A DNA stretch of 59,506 nt, taken from Minisyncoccota bacterium. Its GTDB lineage: Bacteria > Patescibacteriota > Minisyncoccia > Phycocordibacterales > UBA9973. The translations under genes were made by a program, and so were the position numbers. The notes under the pieces are model-generated. The model searched no databases. It was not told where the DNA came from and saw only the letters and a list, made by a program, of their open reading frames with translations. The stretch covers positions 1 through 59,506 of the forward strand of contig JBAYKD010000004.1 of the NCBI GenBank assembly GCA_041664745.1, written 5' to 3'. The first letter of the stretch is position 1; the number at the start of each line of letters is the position of its first letter. Below, in pieces: positions 26,498 to 36,285 of this stretch.

Positions 26498-27433
26498 TTA
26501 CTTGCTGTGAAACTTCTTGTGTACATCGCGGAGTTGCTTGTCTGTGATGTGTGTATATATCTGAGTAGTGGCGATGTTTGCATGGCCGAGCATCATTTGC
26601 ACTGATCGGATGTCGGCACCGTTGGAAAGTAAATCAGTTGCGAATGAGTGGCGAATAACGTGCGGAGTAACTTTCTTGGAAATTCCTGCTTTAATCGCGT
26701 AATATTTCACTATCCTCTCTATGGATCGTGGAGTTAATCGGTTGCTTCCGCTTCCATTTCTAGAATATTGTATGAATAACGGTTCATCCAAATCTTTTCT
26801 ATTCTTTAAATATTCTCTTATCGCATCCTTTGCAGAGTTTGAAAGAAAAACTACTCGTACCTTCTCACCCTTTCCACGGATAGAGAATTCGTCTTTGGAT
26901 AAATCTAAATCTCTATTGAGAGAACAAAGCTCTGAGAGACGAAGACCAGTCGAGAAAAATAATTCAAGAATTGCTTTATCGCGAGAATTTTTCAGAGTGT
27001 CATCTTTCTTATCGTTCTCATTATTCTTAAGTGGAGCTTCGAGCAACCTATTTAGTTCACCCACTGATATTAAGTCTAAACTTCTCTCTTTAATCTTTGC
27101 GAGGTCTATGCGATCGGGTGAGAGGGAAGATATATTTCTCTTCATCAGATATTTAAGGAAAGAACGGAGAGCTATCAAATGATAATTCTGAGTATTCTTC
27201 TTGAGTGTACTTGCAGACTGTCCGCGGACTTTTACTCCCGGTTGTCTATTTAAGAAAAGTCTGAATTCACGAATCTTGTCATCTGTAATATCTTGGGGCG
27301 CACTTATCTTTGCAAAAGAAAAAAAACGACTAATATAATGATCGTAATTATTAACAGTCTTTAGGCTGTTTCCTTTCTCTATTTCCACATGTTCGAGGAA
27401 CTCCCTCTTAAGTTGTTCTAATTGTGAGGCCAT
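26498..27433 (-). CDS. tyrosine site-specific recombinase, XerC/XerD family
   Basis: HVIRHSFAT and LGHANIATTQIYTH catalytic motifs. The ORF-track start 27478 runs into repeat B2, so ATG 27433 (MASQLEQLKREF) is preferred. Confidence 0.88.
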   Translation of the reverse strand: MASQLEQLKREFLEHVEIEKGNSLKTVNNYDHYISRFFSFAKISAPQDITDDKIREFRLFLNRQPGVKVRGQSASTLKKNTQNYHLIALRSFLKYLMKRNISSLSPDRIDLAKIKERSLDLISVGELNRLLEAPLKNNENDKKDDTLKNSRDKAILELFFSTGLRLSELCSLNRDLDLSKDEFSIRGKGEKVRVVFLSNSAKDAIREYLKNRKDLDEPLFIQYSRNGSGSNRLTPRSIERIVKYYAIKAGISKKVTPHVIRHSFATDLLSNGADIRSVQMMLGHANIATTQIYTHITDKQLRDVHKKFHSK

Positions 27434-27463
27434 AATTAATGTCGCACAATAATTATAACACAC

Positions 27464-27540
27464 CCCTTGCCCCCACACCTATATTTTTATAGTTTTCAAC
27501 GCAGGTATTCCTGCAATAAAAATATGGGTGTGGGGGCTTG
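27464..27540. repeat. intergenic repeat family B, copy 2
   Basis: GCCCCCACACCTATATTTTT (27469-27488) pairs with AAAAATATGGGTGTGGGGGC (27518-27537), with one U.G pair. The loop carries a small GCAGG-TATT-CCTGC hairpin. Confidence 0.8.
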
Positions 27541-27566
27541 CATTATCTCATTTTTTGTGCTAGTAT

Positions 27567-27836
27567 ATGCCTATCATGTTAACAACAAAGAAAAAGCAAA
27601 ATATTATAAAGAAGAATCAGCTTCATGATAAAGACACAGGAAGTCCTGAGGTCCAGATTGCTGTTTTATCTAAAAGAATAGACGAACTTGCAGATCATCT
27701 TAAAATCCACAAGAAAGACAACCATTCACGCCGCGGATTGATCAAAATGGTAGCAGATCGTAGAACTCACCTTAAATATCTAGAAAGAACAGACAAGGTA
27801 CGTCACGAAAATGAAGTTAAAAAAATAAAAGCTTAA
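27567..27836 (+). CDS. rpsO: 30S ribosomal protein S15
   Basis: [34 protein letters not shown]. Confidence 0.95.
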   Translation: MPIMLTTKKKQNIIKKNQLHDKDTGSPEVQIAVLSKRIDELADHLKIHKKDNHSRRGLIKMVADRRTHLKYLERTDKVRHENEVKKIKA

Positions 27837-27843
27837 CAAAATT

Positions 27844-27872
27844 CCCTCTGACTTCGGTTGGAGGGTTTTTTG
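27844..27872 (+). terminator. terminator after rpsO
   Basis: CCCTC...CTTCGG...GAGGG followed by TTTTTTG. Confidence 0.65.
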
Positions 27873-27953
27873 TTCCAATATAGAGTATAATAAGTCTACG
27901 AAGAAAACATGATAATTGGTCGAAATTTTAATAAAATAATTTAAATAAAATAT

Positions 27954-28457
27954 ATGATAATAAAACATAAAGAGCAAAGAGTCGGTATTTTTATAGACAC
28001 ATCAAATCTATACCACTCAGCTAAAAATTTATATAAAAGGAAAGTAAACTTCGGAGCAGTTTTGAAGGACGCCTTAGCTGGACGCAAGCTCGTCCGCGCT
28101 ATCGCTTACGTTATAACAAGTGAAGGAGGTGAAGAGAAAAACTTTTTTGATGCATTAACAAAGTTAGGAATAGAAACAAAAACAAAAGAATTACAAATAT
28201 TCTCCGGTGGTGCCAAGAAAGGGGACTGGGATGTAGGCATAGCAGTAGACATTATGAAGATGGCTCCAAAGTTGGACGCTGTAGTCCTAGTCGCAGGTGA
28301 CGGAGACTTCATACCACTCGTAGAGTATTTACAAAGTACTTCTGGAGTCCAAGTTGAAGTTGTATCGTTTGGTAAAAGTTCTTCAATGAAATTGAAGGAA
28401 CAAGCCGATGACTTCCTCGACCTTTCAGTAAATCCAAGAAAGTATCTAATATTCTAG
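27954..28457 (+). CDS. NYN/LabA-like (PIN-related) domain protein
   Basis: VGIFIDTSNLYHS at the N-terminus and VVLVAGDGDFIPLVEYL in the acidic motif region. Confidence 0.75.
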   Translation: MIIKHKEQRVGIFIDTSNLYHSAKNLYKRKVNFGAVLKDALAGRKLVRAIAYVITSEGGEEKNFFDALTKLGIETKTKELQIFSGGAKKGDWDVGIAVDIMKMAPKLDAVVLVAGDGDFIPLVEYLQSTSGVQVEVVSFGKSSSMKLKEQADDFLDLSVNPRKYLIF

Positions 28458-28481
28458 AAAAATTGATAGATAAAAACTAGC

Positions 28482-28513
28482 AAAAAACTCTCTTTGAAAA
28501 AAGAGAGTTTTTT
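28482..28513 (+). terminator. terminator after the NYN gene
   Basis: AAAAACTCTCTT-TGAAA-AAGAGAGTTTTTT. Confidence 0.7.
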
Positions 28514-28630
28514 GCTATGCTATGAGCATTAATAGGTAACAAAGGTTAATCTCCGGACAATTAGAGTTGAAGCCATAAAAGAGTATAAATAGGTTTCAAA
28601 ACTAGAGTCTGGAGACTAGCTTAAAATATT

Positions 28631-30757
28631 ATGCAAAGTAAAGAATATGAGGTAGAAATTGGTGGTAAAAAAGTTACCGCAATTTTCAGTGACTTAGCCA
28701 ATCAAGCTAATGGTTCAGTTATATTAAAAAGTGAGGGAACGGTCGTCATGGCAACAGCTGTCATCTCAAAAGATGGAAGTAAGAATTTAGGATTCTTTAA
28801 TTTGACAGTAGAGTATTTAGAAAAGTTCTATGCTGCTGGAAAAATTCTCGGTGGCCAATACAACAAAAGAGAAGGAAGACCAAGTGATCAATCCATCTTG
28901 GCTGCCCGTATGATCGATCGTACTATTCGCCCACTCTTCGACCAATATATTAAAAATGCAGTTCAAGTAATAGTAACAGTTATTGCTGTGGGTGAAACTG
29001 ATCCGAAAACTCTTGGTATCAATGCTGTCTCCATCGCACTCCACACTTCAAACATTCCTTGGAACGGACCGATCGGAGCTGTACAAATAAGTAAGACAAA
29101 AGAGGACCAAACTCTAAAAGTAAATCATTACATACCAAATGCTGATGAATCAGTATACGCACTCGACCTGCTTGTTTGTGGAAAAGATAAAACGATCAAT
29201 ATGATCGAGGCAATGTCCTACGAGCTATCTGAAGATGAGATGGGTCAATGTTTTGATCTTGCATCAGTCGAGATAACAAAATGGGAAGACTTCCAAAAGA
29301 AACTCTCAAATGAGTTTGGTAAAGAAAAACTTACATTTCCAAAAATAGAAATTGAAAGTGAAATGATTGCAATCTTTGATAAAGAGATAAAGCCAATGCT
29401 CGATGAAAAACTTTTCACTAATGAGAGTAAAAAGGTTACGAGCGAAGCAGAAGATTTGTGGAAAAAAATCTTAGATGAAAAATACGGAGGGGAAGATAAC
29501 GATGCTATTAAAAGTGCATCAGAAGATTATCTTCATCATTATCTAGATGCCTCGTTCCACAAGATGGCATTAGAAAAAGGTATTCGTGCAGATGGAAGAA
29601 AAATAGATGAAGTTCGTAAGCTCTATGCCAAAGCAGGAGGAATATCCGAAGTGTTACACGGAACTGGAATCTTCTATAGAGGAGAGACTCATGTACTTTC
29701 AGTCCTTACTTTGGGTGGACCAGAAGATATGTTAATCGTACAGGGAATGGAATCAGAGTCAAAAAAGCGTTTCATGCATCATTATAACTTCCCACCATAT
29801 TCAGGAGGAGAGACAGGACGCGTCGGAGGAATCAACAGAAGAGAAATGGGTCATGGCTTTTTAGCAGAGAAAGCTCTCACTCCTGTCATTCCAAATAAAA
29901 TAAATTTCCCATACACAATTCGTGTTGTATCAGAATCAACAGCATCAAATGGCTCCACTTCACAAGCATCTATCTGTGCTGCAACTGTCGCTCTCATGGA
30001 TGGTGGAGTGCCAATCACCACACCAGTTGCTGGAATATCTGTGGGACTCATGGCGAACGAATTAGATAATAGTAAATATGTTTTATTAACTGACATCCAA
30101 GGACCAGAAGATCATTATGGAGATATGGACTTCAAAGTTGCAGGAACAAAAAATGGAATCACAGCAATTCAGCTCGATGTGAAAGTAGATGGAGTACAAA
30201 TTGGAATACTTAAAGAAGCACTTCTTCGCGCCAAAACTGCACGTATGCAAATATTAGAAACTATTACGAGCGAGATAGCAGAACCTCGTGCAAAAATTTC
30301 ACCAAATGCTCCAGAGATTCTTACTGTCAAAATTAAGAAGGATCAGATAGGTATGGTCATCGGTCCTGGAGGAAAAAACATAAATGCAATTCGTGAAGAA
30401 ACTGGTACAGAAATAACTATTGAAGAAGACGGAACAGTCTTCGTAACAGGTAAGAATGGTGGAGCAGAAAAGGCAGTAAAAATTATTGAGGAGATGACTC
30501 ATGAATACAAAGTAGGAGATACCGCAGAAGGAACAGTTGTGAAGCTCATGGACTTCGGAGCCTTCGTGAAGATAAGCTCTGAAACAGAAGGACTTGTCCA
30601 CGTATCTGAGATCGCCCCATTCCGTGTTGAGAGAGTTTCTGATATCCTTAAGGAAGGAGATAGAGTACCAGTAAAAATAATTAAGCTCGATGAAAAAGGA
30701 AGACTTAGTTTATCAATCAAAGAAGCTAATAAAGATTTCTTTAAACCTAAAGTTTAA
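28631..30757 (+). CDS. pnp: polyribonucleotide nucleotidyltransferase (PNPase)
   Basis: Two RNase PH cores, a KH domain (GPGGKNINAIREETG) and an S1 domain (GAFVKISSETEGLVHVSE). Confidence 0.95.
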   Translation: MQSKEYEVEIGGKKVTAIFSDLANQANGSVILKSEGTVVMATAVISKDGSKNLGFFNLTVEYLEKFYAAGKILGGQYNKREGRPSDQSILAARMIDRTIRPLFDQYIKNAVQVIVTVIAVGETDPKTLGINAVSIALHTSNIPWNGPIGAVQISKTKEDQTLKVNHYIPNADESVYALDLLVCGKDKTINMIEAMSYELSEDEMGQCFDLASVEITKWEDFQKKLSNEFGKEKLTFPKIEIESEMIAIFDKEIKPMLDEKLFTNESKKVTSEAEDLWKKILDEKYGGEDNDAIKSASEDYLHHYLDASFHKMALEKGIRADGRKIDEVRKLYAKAGGISEVLHGTGIFYRGETHVLSVLTLGGPEDMLIVQGMESESKKRFMHHYNFPPYSGGETGRVGGINRREMGHGFLAEKALTPVIPNKINFPYTIRVVSESTASNGSTSQASICAATVALMDGGVPITTPVAGISVGLMANELDNSKYVLLTDIQGPEDHYGDMDFKVAGTKNGITAIQLDVKVDGVQIGILKEALLRAKTARMQILETITSEIAEPRAKISPNAPEILTVKIKKDQIGMVIGPGGKNINAIREETGTEITIEEDGTVFVTGKNGGAEKAVKIIEEMTHEYKVGDTAEGTVVKLMDFGAFVKISSETEGLVHVSEIAPFRVERVSDILKEGDRVPVKIIKLDEKGRLSLSIKEANKDFFKPKV

Positions 30758-30765
30758 AAAATAAC

Positions 30766-31653
30766 ATGGAAGAAGAAAAATTAAATTACAACAAAAAAGA
30801 TGGAATAAAAACAGTCAGAACTTATATGTCTGACATGGCAGACACTGTGCGCGATAATGAAATATCTGTAATAAAAGTTGCCCTCGCTGAGCAAAACAAA
30901 CACGAGAGAGAAGATTTGTATAGAAAAGTAGAAGGAACTCCTACAAAAAAAGTTTTCTGGGTTATCAGTGGAATAATTCTAGTTGCAATTGCTATTGGTG
31001 GAACATATTTTATTATCCAACAAAAAGCCAAACAAAATATTCCAGAACAAATTGCAAAAGAGGAAACCCTCATTTCTTATGATGAAATTTCTCATCTTGG
31101 TGTAACTAATCCAAGTGAATTAACTAATGAAATAAATAGGGTGAAAAAAGAAACAAGTACAACTGGTAAAAGTGATGTCATAAAATTCATATCTTTATCA
31201 CAGGAAGTAAATGGCCTACAAGAAAAAATACTGACACAAGAGTTGTTTAGAGACCTAGGGTTTACAGCTCCTTCATCTCTAGTACGATCTCTTTCAGATT
31301 CTTACATGATAGGAACCTACACAAATAATGCACAAAATTTATTTATAATTTTCCAAACTAAAGATTACGAATATACTTACGCTGGAATGCTAGAGTGGGA
31401 AAAGACCTTGGCTGGCGATATGTTATCCTTATTTGAACTTGATACAAAAGAAAGTAAAATAAAAATAAGTGATAGAAAGTGGAAAGATGTAATCATAAAC
31501 AACAAAGATGCAAGAGCTCTCCTAAATGAAAATGATAAAATTATACTCTATTACTTATTTACCGATAAAAGTAATCTAATCATAGCAAGTGATGAATCTA
31601 CAATAAAAGAAATAGTGGCAAAATTAATATTAAAAAATATAAAACCGCTATGA
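30766..31653 (+). CDS. membrane-anchored hypothetical protein
   Basis: Single TM helix (VFWVISGIILVAIAIGGTYFII). No recognisable domain. Confidence 0.5.
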   Translation: MEEEKLNYNKKDGIKTVRTYMSDMADTVRDNEISVIKVALAEQNKHEREDLYRKVEGTPTKKVFWVISGIILVAIAIGGTYFIIQQKAKQNIPEQIAKEETLISYDEISHLGVTNPSELTNEINRVKKETSTTGKSDVIKFISLSQEVNGLQEKILTQELFRDLGFTAPSSLVRSLSDSYMIGTYTNNAQNLFIIFQTKDYEYTYAGMLEWEKTLAGDMLSLFELDTKESKIKISDRKWKDVIINNKDARALLNENDKIILYYLFTDKSNLIIASDESTIKEIVAKLILKNIKPL

Positions 31654-31687
31654 TTGCCAATTATTAGATTAATGATAGTATAAGTGT

Positions 31688-32047
31688 ATGGAAAAATATA
31701 AAACAAAATTAGAAGAAGAAAAGAAACTACTAGAGGAAGAACTAGCCAGTATTGGCAAATTTGATAAAGAAACAAATGATTGGGAAGCAGCTCCTGAGAG
31801 TGAAATAAAATCTCAAGAAGTTCAGGATGAGGGAGATATGGCAGAAAGAGCAGAAGATTATGAAGAAAGATCAAGTACTCTATCAGCCTTAGAGACACGA
31901 TTGAATGATATCAAGGATGCTCTAGTACGAATAGATGAAGGGAAATATGGAAACTGTGAAGTTTGTGGAAATAAAATAGAAGAAGAAAGACTAGAAGTGA
32001 ATGGAAGTGCAAGAACGTGCGTTGCTTGCATGGAAAAAGTTATTTAG
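31688..32047 (+). CDS. DksA/TraR family C4-type zinc finger protein
   Basis: Coiled-coil N-terminus and CEVCGNKIEEERLEVNGSARTCVAC. Confidence 0.8.
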   Translation: MEKYKTKLEEEKKLLEEELASIGKFDKETNDWEAAPESEIKSQEVQDEGDMAERAEDYEERSSTLSALETRLNDIKDALVRIDEGKYGNCEVCGNKIEEERLEVNGSARTCVACMEKVI

Positions 32048-32050
32048 TTT

Positions 32051-32092
32051 AAAATCCCCATTAACATATAAAAATGTTGTGGGGATTTTAAT
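32051..32092 (+). terminator. hairpin after the DksA-like gene
   Basis: AAAATCCCCA...TGGGGATTTT. Confidence 0.55.
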
Positions 32093-32096
32093 TTAT

Positions 32097-33668
32097 ATGT
32101 CGTTTTCAAGAATATATTCAGCACAAACACATCTTTTAAAAGGAAAGATTGTCACAGTTGAAGTAGATATCACAAAGAAAACTTTGCACTCTTTTACTTT
32201 AGTTGGACTTCCTGATAAAGCTGTCGATGAATCAAAAGATAGGATGAGCTCAGCTCTCAAAAATTCAGGATTCGAATCTCCTAAAAATCAAAATCAAAAA
32301 GTTGTCATTTCTCTTTCTCCTGCTGACCTTAAAAAAGAGGGTCCTTATTTTGATCTTGCTATAGCACTTGCATATTTACTCTCTGCTGAAGAAATAAATT
32401 TTGATCCAGAAAATAGAATTTTCCTTGGAGAGCTTTCTCTTAACGGAGAACTTCGACCAATTAAAGGAGCACTGCCCCTCACACAGGAAGCAAAGAAACT
32501 GGGTTTCAAAGAAATATTTTTACCAATAGACAACGCAGGTGAAGCAGCTTTGGTAGATGGGATAACAATTTATGGAGCCAAAAATTTAAAAGAAGTTATT
32601 GATCATATTTTTATTCCCAAAAAAGATAGGAAGGGGAATCTACTTGAGAAAGAAAGAGGTAAAATAACTCCTTTTCCTAAAACAGAAATTGTTCATAAAA
32701 TAAAAGAAAATAATATAGATTTCAGTGATATCAAAGGTCAAGAAGGTGCAAAGAGAGGACTTGAAATAGCAGCAAGTGGTGGACACAATATCGCTATGTC
32801 TGGGCCCCCAGGTACAGGCAAAACAATGCTCGCAAGAGTCTTCTCAAATATTCTTCCAGACTTAGATAAGGATGACTGCCTTGAAATTACTGGTATACAC
32901 TCTGTTGTGGGACTTCTAGAGGATGCTATTATCACAGATCCACCATTTCGAGCGCCACACCATACTGCAAGCTACGTCTCAATGATTGGTGGTGGAGCAA
33001 ACCCTAAGCCTGGTGAAGTTACCCTTGCACATAGAGGAGTACTATTCCTCGATGAATTCCCAGAATTTGAGAAGAGAGTTTTGGAGTCGCTTCGTCAACC
33101 ACTTGAAGATAATATCGTCTCGATTTCTCGTGCACGTGGCTCAGCTATGTTCCCATCGAACTTTATTCTCGTAGCAGCTATGAATCCTTGCCCATGTGGA
33201 AACAAAGGGAATAAACAAAAAGAATGCATTTGCAAACAAGGAGACTTGGATAGATATAAAAGAAAACTTTCTGGTCCTATCATGGACCGTATTGATATAT
33301 GGGTGACCGTACAAAATGTAGATTATGAAAAACTTTCAAGTGTAATTCAAGAAGGAGAGAAGACAAATACAATAAAAGAGAGGGTAAAAAATGCGAGAGA
33401 TATACAAGTGAAAAGATTTAAAAACGCTCCGAGGAAAATAAATACAAATAGTGAAATGAACGTAAAAGAATTAAATATTTATGCGCCACTAGATAATGAA
33501 ACTAAAAAATTACTAAATCAAAGCGCAGAACGACTTCAACTCTCCGCCCGTGCTTACCACCGCACCATCAAGCTCGCCCGCACCATCGCCGACCTTGAAG
33601 GAACTCCAAATATTTCTCAAACGCATATACTAGAGGCACTACAATATAGACCAAGAGAGAATAATTGA
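32097..33668 (+). CDS. comM: Mg-chelatase-like AAA+ protein ComM/YifB
   Basis: Lon-like N-domain, Walker A GPPGTGKTM, Walker B LFLDEFPEF, Cys cluster CPCGNKGNKQKECIC. ATG 32097 is preferred over the ORF-track start 32001, which overlaps the upstream gene. Confidence 0.9.
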   Translation: MSFSRIYSAQTHLLKGKIVTVEVDITKKTLHSFTLVGLPDKAVDESKDRMSSALKNSGFESPKNQNQKVVISLSPADLKKEGPYFDLAIALAYLLSAEEINFDPENRIFLGELSLNGELRPIKGALPLTQEAKKLGFKEIFLPIDNAGEAALVDGITIYGAKNLKEVIDHIFIPKKDRKGNLLEKERGKITPFPKTEIVHKIKENNIDFSDIKGQEGAKRGLEIAASGGHNIAMSGPPGTGKTMLARVFSNILPDLDKDDCLEITGIHSVVGLLEDAIITDPPFRAPHHTASYVSMIGGGANPKPGEVTLAHRGVLFLDEFPEFEKRVLESLRQPLEDNIVSISRARGSAMFPSNFILVAAMNPCPCGNKGNKQKECICKQGDLDRYKRKLSGPIMDRIDIWVTVQNVDYEKLSSVIQEGEKTNTIKERVKNARDIQVKRFKNAPRKINTNSEMNVKELNIYAPLDNETKKLLNQSAERLQLSARAYHRTIKLARTIADLEGTPNISQTHILEALQYRPRENN

Positions 33669-33690
33669 TTAAAAAAATAATTTACACAAA

Positions 33691-33724
33691 ATTACATATA
33701 TACACCATGGTGTATATATGTAAT
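33691..33724. terminator. 34-bp perfect palindrome between convergent genes
   Basis: ATTACATATATACACCATGGTGTATATATGTAAT. Confidence 0.6.
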
Positions 33725-33756
33725 TTTTATTTAAAAACTATTTTATATTTCTTTAT

Positions 33757-34395
33757 CTAATCTTTTTGAAAAATTTCAACAACTTGTGATAAATATTTGG
33801 TTTCAAAAATAAACATCATTTCATCTCGAGTGGTAAATATTTCTGCTAATGGAATTTCTCTTTCTGCTATTTTATGTAAGAGTGAAAAAGTTATATTAGG
33901 GCTAGCATGATATCTTGCATTGATAGAAAGACCAATTGCGGTTAAATCTTTCAATATCAAAAGAGGTTTAATATTCATGTTGCTAACAACAGCATCTATC
34001 CTAGATTCACTACAAATAACAATTATGGCCTTAGAGTTTTGAGAGAAGCTAAACCATTCATCATTTTTTGCTTTTATATTTTTTTGAATTACTGAAAGCT
34101 TAGAAATTGTAAACGATGTCTTTTCAAATACAACTTCTGCAAGTGGTGTCTTTACTGTCATCCCGTCAATGGCTACCTCTTTAAGTAGGGGAACAACTCC
34201 GGTCATTTTTTTACTTAATCTTGAAAGAGCCATAATAATTGTTGGTAATTTCACTTCTTTTTTTGTTGCCATTTCTACTTTCTCATGAATTCCTCTAGCA
34301 TAACTAGAAAGATTCAGAATTCCACGCGACAAGCAAAAGAGGGCTTCGTGGTCTCCTTTTATTATTTCTTCTATTTTTTCGCCTACTTTTATCAT
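33757..34395 (-). CDS. hypothetical protein
   Basis: Intact 212-aa ORF. A weak resemblance to ACT-type regulatory folds cannot be supported by eye. Confidence 0.4.
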   Translation of the reverse strand: MIKVGEKIEEIIKGDHEALFCLSRGILNLSSYARGIHEKVEMATKKEVKLPTIIMALSRLSKKMTGVVPLLKEVAIDGMTVKTPLAEVVFEKTSFTISKLSVIQKNIKAKNDEWFSFSQNSKAIIVICSESRIDAVVSNMNIKPLLILKDLTAIGLSINARYHASPNITFSLLHKIAEREIPLAEIFTTRDEMMFIFETKYLSQVVEIFQKD

Positions 34396-34507
34396 ATGTT
34401 ATAAATATAACAAATAATTACATTTAGCACAAATTATCAATTTATTTCACAATCTTATTTGGATTTTGTAAACTATGGAAAATATTCATTAATAAAAAGA
34501 TATAATT

Positions 34508-34882
34508 ATGAAAACAACAGAAGCCTTAAAAAGATTCATTAGTATAACCCAAAAATCTCCTCTTGGTTTCATTAAAGGAGATTGCCGATTGGTTTACTAT
34601 ACTCCTGGTGAATTTCCTTGTATGGATAATAATGGGAAATTTGATGACGAAGACCCTTTTACTGATCCAAGATTTATCATTGCATTTTCTTATAAAGATA
34701 AATTTATTGGTGAAATTAAACTGAAAAAAGAAATGATTGAATCATGTGATTTTTCTCCAGAAAAAGACACAAACTTAACCTTAAACTTTAAAAAAATTAC
34801 AATCCATGTTAAATGTCCTGAAGGGGCTGGTTTTCCTTATCTTGAGGAGTTTGGTGAATATATTTCGTATATTAATAAATAA
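34508..34882 (+). CDS. hypothetical protein
   Basis: Intact AT-rich ORF with no motif. Confidence 0.4.
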   Translation: MKTTEALKRFISITQKSPLGFIKGDCRLVYYTPGEFPCMDNNGKFDDEDPFTDPRFIIAFSYKDKFIGEIKLKKEMIESCDFSPEKDTNLTLNFKKITIHVKCPEGAGFPYLEEFGEYISYINK

Positions 34883-34900
34883 ATAAGATAGGAGGTTAAA

Positions 34901-35164
34901 ATGAATGTATTTGATTCTGACTCAATTGTATTGAGGAATAAAAGAGAAAAAGACGACACCATATCTTTTACATTGTGGAGTGCTGCTCAAATTAATCGCG
35001 AAAAACTTTCATTTATTATTCCCAATATATACAAGCTAGATTATAATCATGAAACTAGCGCTGGATATTGGATATATTTAAATGTTCCCAAAAAAGATTT
35101 TGAGAAAATAATTAACCAAATAAAAGAAACTTTTTCGGGGAAAATTGCTTGCGATAATTTATAA
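34901..35164 (+). CDS. hypothetical protein
   Basis: Intact ORF preceded by GGAGG, with no motif. Confidence 0.4.
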   Translation: MNVFDSDSIVLRNKREKDDTISFTLWSAAQINREKLSFIIPNIYKLDYNHETSAGYWIYLNVPKKDFEKIINQIKETFSGKIACDNL

Positions 35165-35170
35165 ATAATA

Positions 35171-35206
35171 AAAAAGACGAGTTTTAGAATAAACTCGTCT
35201 TTTTTA
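35171..35206. terminator. bidirectional terminator
   Basis: AAAAAGACGAGTTT-TAGAAT-AAACTCGTCTTTTT. Confidence 0.7.
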
Positions 35207-35217
35207 TATAAATTTTT

Positions 35218-36285
35218 TTAAAATACTGGTCTGATTGTTGATCCATTGCTCTTCTCAATCTGGAAGTGAAGGTGAGGGCCAGTGGAGCGGCCAGTGTTAC
35301 CACTTTTGGCGATTTGATCTCCTTGGGAGACAGTGTCTCCAACTGATACAGAAACCTTAGAAAGGTGAGCATATCTCGTAATTGTGCCATTTGGATGTTG
35401 TATCATTACATAATTACCATACCTACCACCGCAACTTCTTCTTCCTTCTACACAATAACCGACTATTTCAACGACTGTTCCTGTAGCAGATGCTAGAACT
35501 GTACTGCCACGACTTACTCCTATATCTATACCATAATGGAATCCTCCTCTGCGTGAACCATAAGGTGAAGTAGTAGGGCCGCCTGCAGGTCTTAGGTAAT
35601 AACCAGATGCTATTGTGGATGGAGTATAAGTATAGCTGGAACCAGGCTTCTTAGAAGGCTTTTCTGCTATAACTACAGGTTTCATAATACCGTTTGGAAC
35701 ATAGAGAATATCTCCTACTTTCAACCCCTCAGTCTTTGAAACATCATTGAAGACCATTATATCTGTAACGTCAGCCTCATATTTAACTGCTATTTTATCA
35801 AGACTATCACCCTTCTTTACAATATGCTTCACACCGGTCACTGGCAAGATGTTCAATTTCTGGCCTATTTTTATACTTCCTGTTGTAAGGTTGTTCTCCC
35901 ATTTAATAGTGTTAAGAGAAACATCATATAGAGCAGCAATCTCCGAAAGGGTATCACCACTTTTAACTTCATACACAGTCATCTCTCCAGAAGAATTACT
36001 TTCAATTCCCTTACCAAAAGGGCTATTACTATCTGCAGAAAGGGCACCATCGTCTGTGTTTATGTCTGTGCCATTAGTTGCATTCTTCATGTCTGGGTCT
36101 ATAGAAGACTCTAGAAGTGGTATATTTTGGGAATTATTTGAAAAGTTGTCTGTTCCGAAGTTGTCTGTATTTGTATCAGCTGCTTGAGTTTTCGCCCCAG
36201 TAATAAAATCAAAAAAGCCAGCATTTGCCTGTGAAGGAACGCCGACTATAAGAGAAGCTAGGATTAAAAATGAATAAGCCTTAAT
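35218..36285 (-). CDS. secreted M23 family metallopeptidase with two LysM domains (start codon uncertain)
   Basis: LysM domains YEVKSGDTLSEIAALYDV... and HIVKKGDSLDKIAVKYEA.... M23 motifs HYGIDIG and GPHLHFQI. The first ATG is at 36090, but the frame is open to 36348 and encodes a signal peptide, KAYSFLILASLIVGVPSQANA. Confidence 0.8.
   Translation of the reverse strand: MKAYSFLILASLIVGVPSQANAGFFDFITGAKTQAADTNTDNFGTDNFSNNSQNIPLLESSIDPDMKNATNGTDINTDDGALSADSNSPFGKGIESNSSGEMTVYEVKSGDTLSEIAALYDVSLNTIKWENNLTTGSIKIGQKLNILPVTGVKHIVKKGDSLDKIAVKYEADVTDIMVFNDVSKTEGLKVGDILYVPNGIMKPVVIAEKPSKKPGSSYTYTPSTIASGYYLRPAGGPTTSPYGSRRGGFHYGIDIGVSRGSTVLASATGTVVEIVGYCVEGRRSCGGRYGNYVMIQHPNGTITRYAHLSKVSVSVGDTVSQGDQIAKSGNTGRSTGPHLHFQIEKSNGSTIRPVF

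Noticed and set aside
27434-27478. N-terminal extensions in the ORF track: the Xer recombinase (MWGQGVCYNYCATLI), cca (23064-23120) and comM (32001-32096).
   Set aside because: The extensions overlap repeat B2, the tRNA-Gly(UCC) gene and the DksA-like gene respectively. Downstream Met codons give family-typical N-termini.
26378-27540. The Xer recombinase flanked by repeats A2 and B2, read as a small mobile element.
   Set aside because: The two flanks belong to different repeat families, no direct target duplication is visible, and the recombinase has housekeeping XerC/D-type motifs and an ordinary genomic context (xth, rpsO).
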